Below, one piece after another: positions 44,124 through 56,788 of a stretch of DNA of 64,000 bases. The position numbers were made by a program, and so were the translations under genes. The notes beneath the pieces were generated by a model. It ran no database searches. It saw nothing but the letters and a program-made list of their open reading frames with translations, and was not told the DNA's origin. The DNA lies in contig BDGG01000001.1 of NCBI GenBank assembly GCA_001949185.1, positions 1,920,478-1,984,477 on the forward strand, given 5' to 3'. The DNA comes from Ramazzottius varieornatus. Its lineage: Eukaryota; Animalia; Tardigrada. How positions within the stretch are numbered: the stretch's first letter is position 1; each line of letters opens with the position of its first letter.

Positions 44124-44713
44124 CTTCCATGCCCGACCATTATCGTCGTACGATCATCCTTGCCGCCATTTACTCACAACAGGAAGCAAGCCACATCACG
44201 TCCCAATCACTCTAAAACACGTAGCAAATTACCACTGACAGAGTAACTTCTTCCAGTGTGGGTCAGAGCCGTAAAGCGATACAGACAGCTTAGATACCTG
44301 ACCAGTGGTCCGTTCAAGTCAAGGTGCTCCGTACTGCTCCACTTCTTCCGCATCACACACCGGTTGCTCAGAGACATTCTTGCGCTCAGCACGGCAAACA
44401 AGCATGGCGTCAAAAGCTCGTACATCCTCCCATGTCGGCTGATAGTTGAGGTACTTCTCTTGGAATTTTTTCAGCGCTGGCAAAATAAGCGGTCCGTATC
44501 GAGCTAGCCTGTCAGAACCTGACACCGGTCATCCGGCAATTCCCGGAAACCTATCGAGGTATCCACATTCCGCCCTGCTCGGTTTCCATCTTTTTAACCT
44601 CACTAATATCGCTTTCCTCCTCCCTCTCATCAACCTCAGTCCGGATGCTCGTCTCGAAGTCTGCAAACATCGTCTTCCTTTTCTGAGTAGTTGGCTCGTA
44701 TGTCCCCAACGCA

Positions 44714-45901
44714 ATGGCTGCTCAAGTTCCGACCAAAGCACCGGAAGAGCACTACGACTATTTGTACAAAGGTACGAATTTCAGTTGGCAAACTCTGATC
44801 TGCGAACTTTTTAAAATCCGTCATATCTCATGGTTTGATTCCACAGTCGTGTTGATCGGAGACTCTGGCGTCGGCAAAAGCAACCTCCTCTCCCGTTTCG
44901 CAAGAAACGAGTTTTCGACTGAGCACAACAACAAGACCACCGTCGGGGTGGAGTTCGCCACACGAATCGTTGACATCGGTGGTAAACGGATAAAGGTGAG
45001 CTAAGCAAGTGACACCGACCTCAAAAACAGTCTCTTCCTCCTGGTGGAAACCTCGTCGAAATTCACATAGAAGCCTGTTGCTACAGGCTCAGTTTTGGGA
45101 TACTGCCGGACAAGAACGCTATCGGTCTATTGGAAGTGCGTAAGTTTATGACTGCCAGTTTCCCGGCTACGTTGCCTGTTCTCCATCTCGACAATACTCT
45201 CTTCCGTGGGACGGCTTTCGTTCGCCAGTCTCGACGTTTCCGATATCAAAGGCTAACTCGCTTCGCTTTCAGCTATTACCGAGGAGCCCTAGGAGCCATG
45301 TTAGTTTATGACTTGTCCGACGCAAATACATTCAACCATGCCGATGATTGGCTACAAGAGTTCCGCAAATTCACAGAAGACGATGTCGTGATTATGTTAG
45401 TCGGCAATAAGAGCGATCTGGCGCAAGAACACCGGGCTGTCACGGCCTACCAAGCTCAAACCTACGCCGGTTAGAGCTTCAGACCTGTCCATTGTTAGGA
45501 CGAAACGGACGTCGGCAGTTGACGTAAACACCAACGTCTTCCCAAGCGGCGCACACTTCCAGCCAACAACAATGTAGAAGTACGCCACTTGAGATGACCG
45601 TCATGCTGAATCCGTCTGCCGACGTCGCAGCTATGCATTTCTCTGCCTGTGGAATCGAGTTAGCATAAATTACATTTGTTTTCCAGAGCGAAAAGGACTA
45701 CTGTTCATGGAAACCTCCGCTCGAGATACCACCTTTGTCGAATCGGCTTTCCTCAGTTTACTCACAGAAATCTCTCAGACCTTCAACTTCAAGGTCCAAA
45801 ATGCCCAGACAACATCGGCTTCAAACAGTACAAATCCTCCCCCAGTCAAAACTCTAACACTCATCAACAACGAAGACGACGAGAAGAGAGGCTGCTGTTG
45901 A
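44714..45901 (+). CDS. Rab11: Rab11-like small GTPase (divergent), 5 exons
   Basis: [70 protein letters not shown]-terminal CC prenylation motif. Confidence 0.88.
45508..45627. repeat. Palindromic element copy 17 (Rab11 intron)
   Basis: gacgtcggcag...caagcggcgcac...gtacgccacttg...ctgccgacgtc. Confidence 0.85.
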
Positions 45902-45919
45902 AATATCCAAACCACAAAA

Positions 45920-48786
45920 TCAACTAATCAAAGCATTCGAGCCTCTGATCGACACCAGTTCGTCAAAGACCCCTTTGACGTTGGCCGGAAGTGCCACAGT
46001 CCCCGTCACCACATCATCCCTCCCCTTCTTCACTCTCCCAATCACATTGTCTAACATAACTCGACAAGAAGACTGTACTGCTTTTCTCCCACTCACATTA
46101 TCAGTTAGCTCGTTGATTAGTAGAATCTGATGAGAAGCTAAATCTCTGACGATTTCAAGTACGCGTGAGACACTTCGGTCTTCTCGTTCCCAGTCTTTCT
46201 CTTGTATGGCATATCTGTACGCTTTCTGTAGTTTCTGGACTATCTGTTCGAGAGTGTCTTTTCTCTCGTTTTCTGGTTTGTCAGCTAGTTCGAACATGTT
46301 GAGTTTAGCGTACCAGTACCAGATATTGGGGTTGTCGGGAACCTTGGCTGTGACAGCGCCGAAGAGTTCCTTGACTTTAGGGAGAAGGCGCTTGGCGGAG
46401 TTCTCGTTGATGTCGGGTTCGCCGGTGGTGACCGAGATGACGAGAAACCCCAGAGCTTCAGCGTTGAGCTTGTAAGGAGTGAGCTCGAGAAGACGATGGA
46501 ATGCGTTGATTTCACCTTCAAAGTCCTTGACTTGCTGGCAGGCGTTCTGGTAGTTGTCCCAGACGTTCCAGCTGTTGTAGTCTTGCTTCAGGGAATCTTG
46601 GAGGATTCGGTAAGCTTTCTTATAGTCTTGGTTCTTCAAAGCTATTGAAGCGATGTTGTTCCATGCCAGCCTGTCAAAGAAACTCGTTTTGTAACAATGC
46701 GGTACATTTTGATTATTTTCTAATGATAATTTGTCGCTGTTTGAATCTCGTACATCGCATGAATAAATATATAAAAATTCAATGTCGGTGAAGTATAAAA
46801 GCCTAATGAAACGAATAACCACTTGGCAATCAATACTGCTATAAAAAAGTGGTTGATAGCGCATTTAACAAAACAGAACATAGGAATCTTCTACTTTACC
46901 GTATTAGTTTTCAGTTTGAATAAGAACCGAAACGGGAAAGTTCGAAAAATTTCTGAAGAGCTTTTACGCGTTTTCAGGTTCCAGGTTGACGCAACGTCGG
47001 AAGGCCTGCTCCGCCGCTGCAAAATCCCCCGTCTTCATATGACAGTACCCCAGCGAAAACCACGCGTCGCTATCAATGCCATTGGCTTCCAGCCCCTGCT
47101 TCAAAGCGTCTCTCGCTCCTTCGTACTCTTTCCTCTTCAGCAACAGCTTCCCTAAATCTCTTCTTGACCTGAAGGACCGATGCTTGGACACTTCCCACGC
47201 CTTCTCATAACAGCCAACGTCCTCTCTGATATCCCCTAACCGACACCACATCGAAGCCGTCTCGTTCTTGGCCAGTTCCTTCATGATCAGGTCCTCGGCC
47301 TTCACTTTCTGACCTATTCTCTGGTAACACTCCACCACGTCCTCCCACAACTCTAACCCGGTGAAAATGTTGATGGCTTCCTTCGTACAACCATTGTTCA
47401 TCAAAGTGAAACCTAGAGCTTCTTCCACCTTCCAGAACGGAGGAACGTTGACAGCTAAAGCGAAAAAGAGTCTGTCGTCGGGGTTTTCTGCTTCGGACTT
47501 GAAAGCGTTCATAAGCGTTTCCAACTGTGACATGGCGCGGAGCGTTCGGCGCCGGTTGTCCGCTTCCACTTTCGACCGGTTGAACAACGCCGAAGTTCGT
47601 ACAGCGAAGGAGGTACTAGAGTGAAGGACGACGTTAATGTACGCGAAGAGTTCTTCGTCTTCGAGGCCTGTTCGGGCTCGTCGTCGCTGGCCCACCAAAC
47701 CATCCATCAAAAGAACCGCGCTTTCATGATCGCTGAGGCCGTATTCGGGTTGGGAGGTCGCCAATGCTGCGTGGTTCAAGAGAGTGTCGTCGTCTAGTGG
47801 AACGTCTACGGGAAACTTCTTCTCGGACAGGCTGGCAGAATCCCCAACCAGTCTGCAAAGTGACAGCCTGCCAGTTGGACCAGAATACAGTGTAACATAT
47901 CAAAATCGTGTCATATCCCGTTATATGACATGACAACATAATCCAGCCTGACGTCATGCATAACACAGCTGAATCTACGTAAAAATAATCCAGCGCACGA
48001 CGTCACAGATAGAGCTCAAGCTTCGGTTGATTACTGATTGATCATGACTTACTGTGTTGGCTGGACAGCATTTTGAATTTCTAACACCAGTTGCGCATAT
48101 TCCGTTTCCTGGAAGCGTGTTCGTTTGCCCAGAATTCCCGTTAGAATGGACGATGACTTCGACAAACCTTTAGCGTGATTCAGCAGCCGGGATGCTGTGG
48201 TGAAGTCACAGTAGAACAACATTACGTTACAGCTGGTCAGGAAGAATTCGATACGAAGAGGTACTGAAACATCACGAACATCCTCGTCGTTCTTCATCGT
48301 CATCGACGTCAATGCCTCCTCCAGAGTGACGATCAAATCTTTCGTTCTCTGTGCCAGAACAGCGGACTTTTCTTCCAGTAGACTCTGACGCATCCAGTAG
48401 GCTTTGAGTAGCTCGTGTCGGTTGGTGAAAGTAGGGTTAAGCTTCACAATTTCTTGAAGGAAAACGATGGCGACGAGAAGGCACTGCGGAGTGTGACATA
48501 GTCGATAAGCTGACTCGCCTTCTCCTAAAATCCTCAATGCGACATCGGTGGGGATTTTGGTGAACGCTTCGTCCATATCTCTAACCGGACCTGTCCAGTT
48601 GTTTTGTAGGAACACCCATGAAGCGCGGTAAGCTACGTCGGCTGCATCACCGATGTCGTCCGCGAGCCAGGCGAGGAATTTGTCGTATTTAGTACCGACC
48701 TGATGAGCATCCAGACTTTCGATACTGCTTATAAAAATGCTATGATCGGTGCATTTCACTGCGCCGGTGTCTCCGGTGGACTCCAT
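45920..48786 (-). CDS. TTC27: Tetratricopeptide repeat protein 27
   Basis: FLQNNWTGP, GILGKRTRFQ...AQLVL, RTLRAMSQLETL, LELWEDVVECY, WCRLGD, and several TPRs. Confidence 0.85.
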
Positions 48787-49429
48787 CTTGGAAGTGGACG
48801 ACCGACTCCGCAGCAGAAGGAAGGTCTGGCACAGGATCGGTTATTATCTTTGTGATTCCGCGCGTCCAAGATTCAACCTGCCCTATAAAATAAACCACAC
48901 ACTGTAGTCAATTCTTCACACGGTGCGGTCACCGGAAGCCGGGATCACGAAGTATTCTGGAAAACTGAGTATCGAGAACGCAGAGAATGCTGGAAGTCCG
49001 GGAATGTCCATGGTCTATGGATTTGGCGTGGAAAGTGGCTGGCTGGCAGCGGATGCTTACACAGGCGCACCGGCTTTTGCCTTGATTGATTACATCATCC
49101 ACTCACGTTTTCCTCAGCACCACTGCAAGCTTGTGGTTCGCACAACAGAGCGACGCTTACCGGTACGTGCGTACAAGCAGCAATCAGTTCAATCAAGCTC
49201 AATCAATGTACACCCTCTTTATACAGTATCAGCTGTTCTCCCACTGGGATGTGGGACCGATCTCAGATATAAGTGCAAACTTTCCTCTGCTCCCGAATGA
49301 CAGCTTCTCACCTCATCACTCATCAGGTTCTCCTGCTCGTAAGTCGTGGTTGGATGGTATTGATATGGACTGCTCTTAAGATTTGAAGGATACGGTACCT
49401 GTACTTGGCGGGAAGTTTATTTGCGCAAA

Positions 49430-51930
49430 ATGTCCCGGTCGTCGTCGTTATCCGACGCTGACGCCAAAATTGCTTCTGCTCCCGCACCGGTCCCCGTTGT
49501 TCCCCGTTCAAAGTTCGCAGAAGTCTTAGGACAGGAGCAAATTAGTCATCTGGTAGCGGGAATAAGGCAAGTAACCTGGGGTTGGTACCGTAATAGCGTT
49601 CATGAGTAACCGGAAGTTGATTTGCAGTGGCGGCGTCGTCTCGACCGTCGTTCTACATCCTCTGGATCTGATCAAGGTCCGCTTTGCTGTCAACGATGGA
49701 ACGTCGCCTCACAGTGCTGTGGTGGACAGAGGTCTCAAATACGCTTTCACGCATACATGGAAAGAAGGCGGAATTCGTGCCTTGTACCAGGGAGTAACGC
49801 CGAGTATACTCGGATCCGGTACCTCATGGGGAATTTACTTTTTAATGTGGGTATCAAGATGGTGAATTTACGGTTGAATCTCGTTGTAAAGTTTGGTCTC
49901 TTTTTGTTTTTGTCTGCAGTTATAATATGACCAAAGACTGGATGTCGACGAAAGCGGATGGCACTGCGCAAGAGCTTGGACCCGGACAGCATATGCTAGC
50001 AGCTGCCAACGCAGGTACGATTCTTCCGCATGGTTACCATCTGCATTTAAGTACTTCTCGTACACGCGGCTGGCTTAGTTATTGGCCTGGACAAAATTTC
50101 TGGCCGGACGGGCTGGCGGCAGTTTAACGCAGAGATTGTTATGTCGTCGCAAAAACTAGCCCTGTGATGTCAGCAAGTAAAATTTCGCAGTACACTATGC
50201 GGAATACAGTCTTTCCAGATTTCGTTCCTTATTTCGTACTTCTTTTCCCATCTTGAGCGAGGTTAGCCTGAAATATACCGGAAGGTCTTAAGAGCAAGAG
50301 ACAGCAAAAGTATGCGGAGGATAGCCTGATAGTTGGCTTCAGTTGGTCCGTGCGGTCGCAGTTTAAGCCTTGATAAGGTGGTGGATTGCCTAAGTAAAGA
50401 TATCAGTGGCCAGAAATTTTGTCCAGGCCAGTAATAAGCCAGCCGCGTGTACACCGAGAATATCTTTGGGTGTTCAGATGGGTTGTTTTTGGATAAAATG
50501 GAGTGAAGTGAATTTTCTTTGCAGGTATCCTAACCTTGATACCCACAAACCCTATATGGGTCGTCAAGACCAGAATGTGCCTCCAGTACAACAAGGCGCT
50601 GGATATTCCTCCTGAGAAACAGTACAAAGGAATGATAGACTGTTTTAGAAAAGTATACGTTCACGAGGGAATAAAAGGTTTATATAAGGTAAGTTTATTT
50701 TCTCTTATGCAAGTTTATTCCGCGATCTTCGACTCATAAACGAGCTAAGTTATTTTTGGGACTTCGGCAATTGAATTGAACGTGATCGTTATCTCAGGTG
50801 GCGCACGTTCTCATTCTTTTCGGCTAAGAATGTCGGCCACTTGGGAAGACAGCCCTGTTCAAGTTTTTTGCCGGCGTCTCATGTTACCACGACGTTGTTC
50901 GAAGCCCATTATCTCCCCGCTGTTTCAGGGTTTTGTTCCCGGAATGTTCGGTGTTTCGCACGGTGCTGTACAGTTTATGGTTTACGAGCAGTTGAAGAGG
51001 TTTGCGAATCGCCAAAAGAAGGCCGGTGATGAAGCGAAACTGGTAAGCCGTCGTCACCCTGTTGTACCCAACTTATTGATACGCTAGTTTGACAGTTATG
51101 GTTGGTTTTGTGCAGGGAACCTTTGAGTACTTGTCCTACGCAGCTATATCAAAGCTGGTAGCCGCCACCACGACGTACCCCTACCAGGTAGTCCGGGCTC
51201 GGATACAAGACCAGCACAAGCACTACAATGGCATTTTCGATGTGATAAAGCGAACTTGGAGGTGAGCACCACCAAACAATTTTGTAGGTGAAGTGATATC
51301 GAGTAAAAGCCACATTGATCTCTCCTCCTTGCAGACGAGAGAAACTCTTGGGCTTTTACAAAGGCTTGATGCCGTATCTGCTGGCCGTCACACCCAACGT
51401 CTGTTTAGTCTTTTTAACTTATGAAAAGCTAGCTCCCCATCCACCTGCAGTGCCCGAGCGGGTCTACGCAAAGGACCGAGAATACTAACTTGATAGTCAA
51501 ACACTGGAATTTTTTTCGGACTTTTTTAACGGTCGCTTTGTGGAGGAGAGATTTTCTGTGGCCTTCGACGATCTTCTACCCCGATGTTTTTATCTGTGCT
51601 TGGGCTCTAACTATTTTATAAATTATGAGTTTGACCGCTGTGACTTGTATTCATCCAAATAAAGAATGATACAAGGAAAATCATCAGATGTGTCCTTTCG
51701 TCTCGCTGTAAGCTCTGTTTTTGTTTCAGGAGAGAAGGATACAAAGGCTTCGTAAGTATCGTCGCGGTTCGATGGTCTTCCGACCAGCCTGTCTTATCGG
51801 TACCCTTTTGCAGTACAAGGGAATGGTACCGAATGTCCTAAGGATAACCCCAGCTTCCGCCGTAACCATCACGGTATACGAGAAAGTCAGATACTGGATG
51901 CAACAGCTCAAGGTTCCTGAACAGAGATGA
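49430..51930 (+). CDS. SLC25A32: Mitochondrial folate/FAD carrier with two alternative C-termini (stop 51488 or 51930)
   Basis: [81 protein letters not shown]. Confidence 0.92.
50063..50449. mobile_element. MITE in SLC25A32 intron
   Basis: ~43-bp TIRs CACGCGGCTGGCTTA..GGCCTGGACAAAATTTCTGGCC (50063-50105 / 50408-50449), TA on both sides, no ORF. Confidence 0.85.
50759..50878. repeat. Palindromic element copy 18 (SLC25A32 intron)
   Basis: tcggcaa...gatcgttatctcaggtggcgcac...gtcggccacttggga...ttgccgg. Confidence 0.8.
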
Positions 51931-52180
51931 TGAGCTCGTTTATTTGGTGCTTCAACCTCAACCATGTCGCGTGAAGTTCGTCGTGGACACTGACAAATAA
52001 AATATCTTACAAGTAAAACACAGAAATGATTTACTTGATGATTGGGGAATCAGCAATAAATGTACAATCGATTGATTATTGCTTTTGATAAAATTAAATC
52101 ACAAGAAAGTCAACCAGGAAACCCATTGCACACAAAACAATCGTCATGCTAAATGCATCGACACAGCACTATTGTACAAC

Positions 52181-53664
52181 TCACAAGCCCTTATTGTAAT
52201 ACACCTCATCCATTCCTCTGCTCGCGGCCAGCTTTTGTAGTTCAGGTTCAAGTTGGCCAACTTTCATGGAGGCTCGTTGAGGGAACAACGCACAACACAA
52301 CGGTGTTGCGAATATCAGACACAGGCCGCAGACAGCGATCTGCAAGGGAGCCGGCGCCCACGGGTAGCGTTTGAAAAAGGTGGTCTTTCGTTCCAACTGA
52401 TCCATCAAAATCGGAGGTAACACTGTGAAAGACATGCATCATTGACACTTGCATCGTCTCATACCCGTTCCACGTGAGCTGGAGTTTTCCTACCCATTCC
52501 AGGTACTGCCATGCAGATTCTGGACAGCGCGACTTTGGTGATGGCTGATTTGGCGGCGGACTTCGACTCCCCGATCTTGTTACCGGCCTTGTCGGTCACT
52601 TCGATACCGTCGACCAGCTCACTGCAAGCCAGTTCACGAAGGTAAAGCTGCCCGTATTCAGAAGAAGCAAGGCGGAAAACTTACCGTTGACGGATGACGG
52701 GAATATTGATGCAGTTAGCCGCAGCAACTGCGGCAAAAGGGACGAAACGTCCAACCAACGGAGGCGCTTTCTGTAACCGCAAAAATCAAGAACTAAGTCC
52801 TTCGAGGTTTCAAACAGCGCATCTTACCTTGGCCAAAGCATTCAACCCCAGGGCAGTGGCAGTAGCTCCAGTGGTGGCCGCTACGTAGGCCGTCCCCAGG
52901 GTCTTATTGTCGATAGGCTTCGAGCCGCTTCGGTTGGTGTAGTTGACGATCGCATTGAAGGACTGATTGACCCATTGCCACAGGACGACTGCTGGCGTAG
53001 TTCTGAAAGGAACCAGATCTTCTGGACAACATTCGGCAAAGCGAAAAAGGCAGAACCCTTTGGACATACTTATAGAAAGTCATCATCATTCCCGTGATGA
53101 ACATGTTGCAAGGGACTTGCGCGGACATTCTTCCGAGGATAAACATCTTCTCCCCAGTGTCTGGATGGAAAGCTGAATCGTAGACATGCTTGGCATTCCA
53201 TAGAGCGTCAACCGACGACACTCCCGCTGGTGCGTTTCCCTTTCTGGAACAAGCAGATATTTATAATGTGAAGAACCCAACCCGGAAGTACGTAATACCA
53301 TACTCGCACCACCCTTGAATGGTGCAGTAGCAAGGCTGTGCCCATATTAACAATCAGCCATTCGTATACCCCTGATCTTGATCTGGGGTATACGAAAATC
53401 AGCGAAATTACTGGTACTGTAATAATTCATGAAGATTGAAGAAGCTCACTTGTAGTCTAGGACGATCCTCCGAGCCTCCTCTAACTCCTGGCTACCTTTC
53501 AGTAAATTCAAGGGATTGGTGATGGTGAAGAAGTGCTTTGCGCGTCCTGAGTAGGTAGTTTGATCCCATCGTGGCTCGTCGATGTTGATTCTGTCAGAAG
53601 GAATGGGCGATCCTGCTCCACCAATTGCTGGATACGTCTTTTCTAGAGCTTCTTTTGGCGCCAT
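52181..53664 (-). CDS. SFXN1: Sideroflexin (SFXN1/3-like)
   Basis: [83 protein letters not shown]-terminus. Confidence 0.93.
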
Positions 53665-53984
53665 TGCAAGTAGTCAAGTTGTCAAGAAGGGTATTCCGGA
53701 AAAGTCTACGTGGGCAATCGAATTTCGGGGAGACGCGCAACCTTCAAAATGGACGATACACGCTGAGGATGAAATAACCATTAGAAATTCATTTAGTCGT
53801 CAAACACACCTCCGTTTCTAGCCTTTCGCGCAGTAATGGCTGTAAAGCATCCGTCGCCGGGGTTAACAGAGTAAGATCGCAATGTTAAGGAATATGGGGA
53901 GGCTGCACATAATTGCTCGATTGAAAACGAGGCTATTTCTGGCTACAAACAGACTTTATCGGCTGCATCAGCCACATCGGTGCA

Positions 53985-54007
53985 GTCACTTCCGGTCGTG
54001 ACGTCAC
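53985..54007. promoter_or_regulatory. ETS plus CRE motif pair upstream of sideroflexin
   Basis: gtcacttccgg (reverse of CCGGAAGTGAC) followed by gtgacgtcac, ~330 bp upstream of the ATG. Confidence 0.4.
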
Positions 54008-54799
54008 AGCGATTCGTAAGAGGATAGAATCTAATTTACGCTGAACACGTCCGAGATCCGCCCAAAGAAATAAAAGCAGAACCCTTCCTCGTTCGATGCT
54101 TGCGTTACAGAGTTACAGCTCAGGGTATCTCAGCCAGCTCTCTGGAGGAATAACGCCTAGGATCTGTTATTAATGGAAGTGAGAGGGTTCTTGATGGATG
54201 CATGTGCGTGAAAATCGAGTGACAATTCAATCGATATGCAGACAAAACCTCTGAGCTTTCCATATCCTCCAGACAAAAAACTTGTTTTACTCTCTGGCTT
54301 TCAACTTTAGAGAGGCAATCGTGTTTCTGGGTTCACAACGACTCTGTCTCACTGGGGAGCAGTCTCACCCAGTTTACCCGCGCACACACTCAAGATCCGC
54401 CAGCGCGAAGCATCTGCCTCTTCCCCTGACGAGAACTTCGCGAAACCTCGAAAGTTTATTGAGTCCTTCGACTTTACAAAACCAAACACAGAGCGAGAAT
54501 AATACTTATGATGAGCCACATTGTCTATGGGGCTTCCGGTCCCGGCGATAGTAATACCGCGAACATCGGCGTGATGTAAAGCGGAAGACAGTCAGACTGC
54601 CACTCAGTCTTACATTTTGTTCAAACTCAAATTCACAACAGAGGTTAGAATAAAACCAGAATTAGTCTTTCAAGTTTCAACCATCGAATAAAGCCAACTA
54701 AATTTCATTATACACCGGAGGGAAACATCGCAGCATCGAAAAGTGTGGTAAATGATAGAATGACGCCTGCAGTATACTGTACGTATAGTATAGTTATTA

Positions 54800-56308
54800 T
54801 TACTGGCTTTCAGTTGCTGCTTGAGCTTCTTGACGTTCCTCTTCGAGCTCCTTCGTGGTAATCTGAATTTTCTCACGAGCGAAATCATCGATGGGCAGGT
54901 CAGGCACGATCTTCCACTGACGATTCTCGACCGTGACGGGGAAACTGAAGACCAAGCCTTGTGGAACTCCGTATTCACCCTTGGAAACCACAGCCATGCT
55001 GATCCAGTCGTCCTGCGCAAGAGAATAAACCGTTCATACATAATGCTTCTACCACCAAATCGAAGGACCATTGATCCCGCTACCTTCTTGGTTCCATGGA
55101 ACCAGTCGCGCATATGGTCAGCCGCAGCTTGGGCAGCCGACATAGCGGAAGACAGCTTGCGGGCCGCGATGACTTCCGCTCCACGCTTTTGGACAATCGG
55201 GATCAACTGTTCCTTCAAGAACTTCTCATCATGCTGGATCTTAGTGATGGAGGACCAGCTGTTGTCTTTTTGGACCTCGACGAAGCGCGCATCGGGGAAC
55301 TGGGTGTTGGAGTGGTTGCCCCAGATGATCAGCTTGCGGACATTCTGCACTTGGCTCTTGACGTGATCAGCAATCTACAAAAGACACACCAGATGTTTTA
55401 AAAAAGCTGGACGACTGTATATGTTTCCGGTAGACCTGTAGACCATGCGATTATACCTGAGCAAGGGCGCGGTTTTGATCCAAGCGCGTCATCGCCGTGA
55501 TGTTTTCTTTCGGGATGGAAGGGGCGTACTTACTGCAAATCAGCGCGTTGGTGTTTGCTGGGTTTCCGACAACCAAAACTTTGACGTCCTTCTTGGCCAA
55601 CTTGTCCAAAGCTCCTCCTTGCACCTTGAAGATGCCCACGTTGGCCCTAAGCAAATCCTTTCGTTCCATACCTTCCCGACGCGGCATGGCGCCAACCAAA
55701 AAGGCGTAGTCGATGTCTTTGAAGGCAGCTTCTACATCCGCAGTGGCGACGACATCTGTGCAGGACGGATAAACACGCGTTAAGACGGCAGACGTACCCC
55801 AATAAGATATCAAGAGAGGAACTTTCCGTCACCTACCGCGCAACAAGGGGAAAGCACAGTCAGAAATTTCCATAACCACTCCATTGAGAACACCTGCAGA
55901 CGACCTGACATTAGACAGCATACTGGTGTAAGCGATTATCTGTTGTTAGCCAGATAGATTACCAAGCATGGGCTGGATATCTAGAAGATGGAGGATCACT
56001 TCCTGCAGGACAAGAAGAAAATACTAAACTGATTGTTTGATGAGAACGGTCCTGGATTACCCACCTGCTGCTGGCCGAAAACTTCCCCTTTTGCGACCAG
56101 CGGAATCCTGCAAGACACACAAGATTAACTCAACAACTGGGCAACAGGCACTTTTGCAATGAAATACTAACAACGAGTAAGCGATCTGTCCAGCCGCGCC
56201 TGTGATGAGAACGCGAACGGGACTTCCGCTGCTTGATCCAACCGGGGCCTATAACAGAGAGCACTTTAAGGCAGCTGGAACGTTTCAGGAACACCACTTA
56301 CTTACCAT
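54800..56308 (-). CDS. MDH1: Cytosolic malate dehydrogenase; first coding exon is the ATG alone
   Basis: [80 protein letters not shown]. Confidence 0.96.
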
Positions 56309-56788
56309 TCTTGTAACCGACGAAGAGCGGACGGTTCGGAATCCCACAGGAAGACTGGAACAAAGGGAGGTGCCTCAAAACCAACAGCAAAAGGTGAAGG
56401 AGGAAGAAGGCGACACGGTGGATATCGGACCGATCAGCTGGCAACGTCTGCGGGCCTGGAATATCATATTGTGTTGATTGATTTAAAGTGCACTACATCA
56501 GACTTCCAGCGAAATACCGTCAGGCGAAGCGGTAAGAGGTTGAGAGAGTGGAATTCCACTTTAATACTGTTACTGGCTCCGCTTCGCTAGATTGCTCTTG
56601 ACGTCACCTCGTCTAGTCGCCGACTTAAGCCGCTTTCATGCATTGCTGAAGTTCGCTGAGTTCGTGATCCCGTACATCTTCCCAGGATAACCGGAACATC
56701 TTTGCTGGGACGCCTCTTTATGCAGCCAACGTTATCCAGGTCCATCAGCGAACCTTCCATTACCTTGTCGAAAACTTAATCTACAAAG
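56309..56788. promoter_or_regulatory. Probable bidirectional promoter region between MDH1 and RPS15A, with a CRE octamer
   Basis: Head-to-head ATGs 480 bp apart; TGACGTCA at 56599-56606. Confidence 0.5.

Noticed and set aside
54790-54802. MDH1 stop-codon readthrough to a peroxisomal signal, as in vertebrates
   Set aside because: The stop is TAA TAA TAA, with no TGA-CTAG context.
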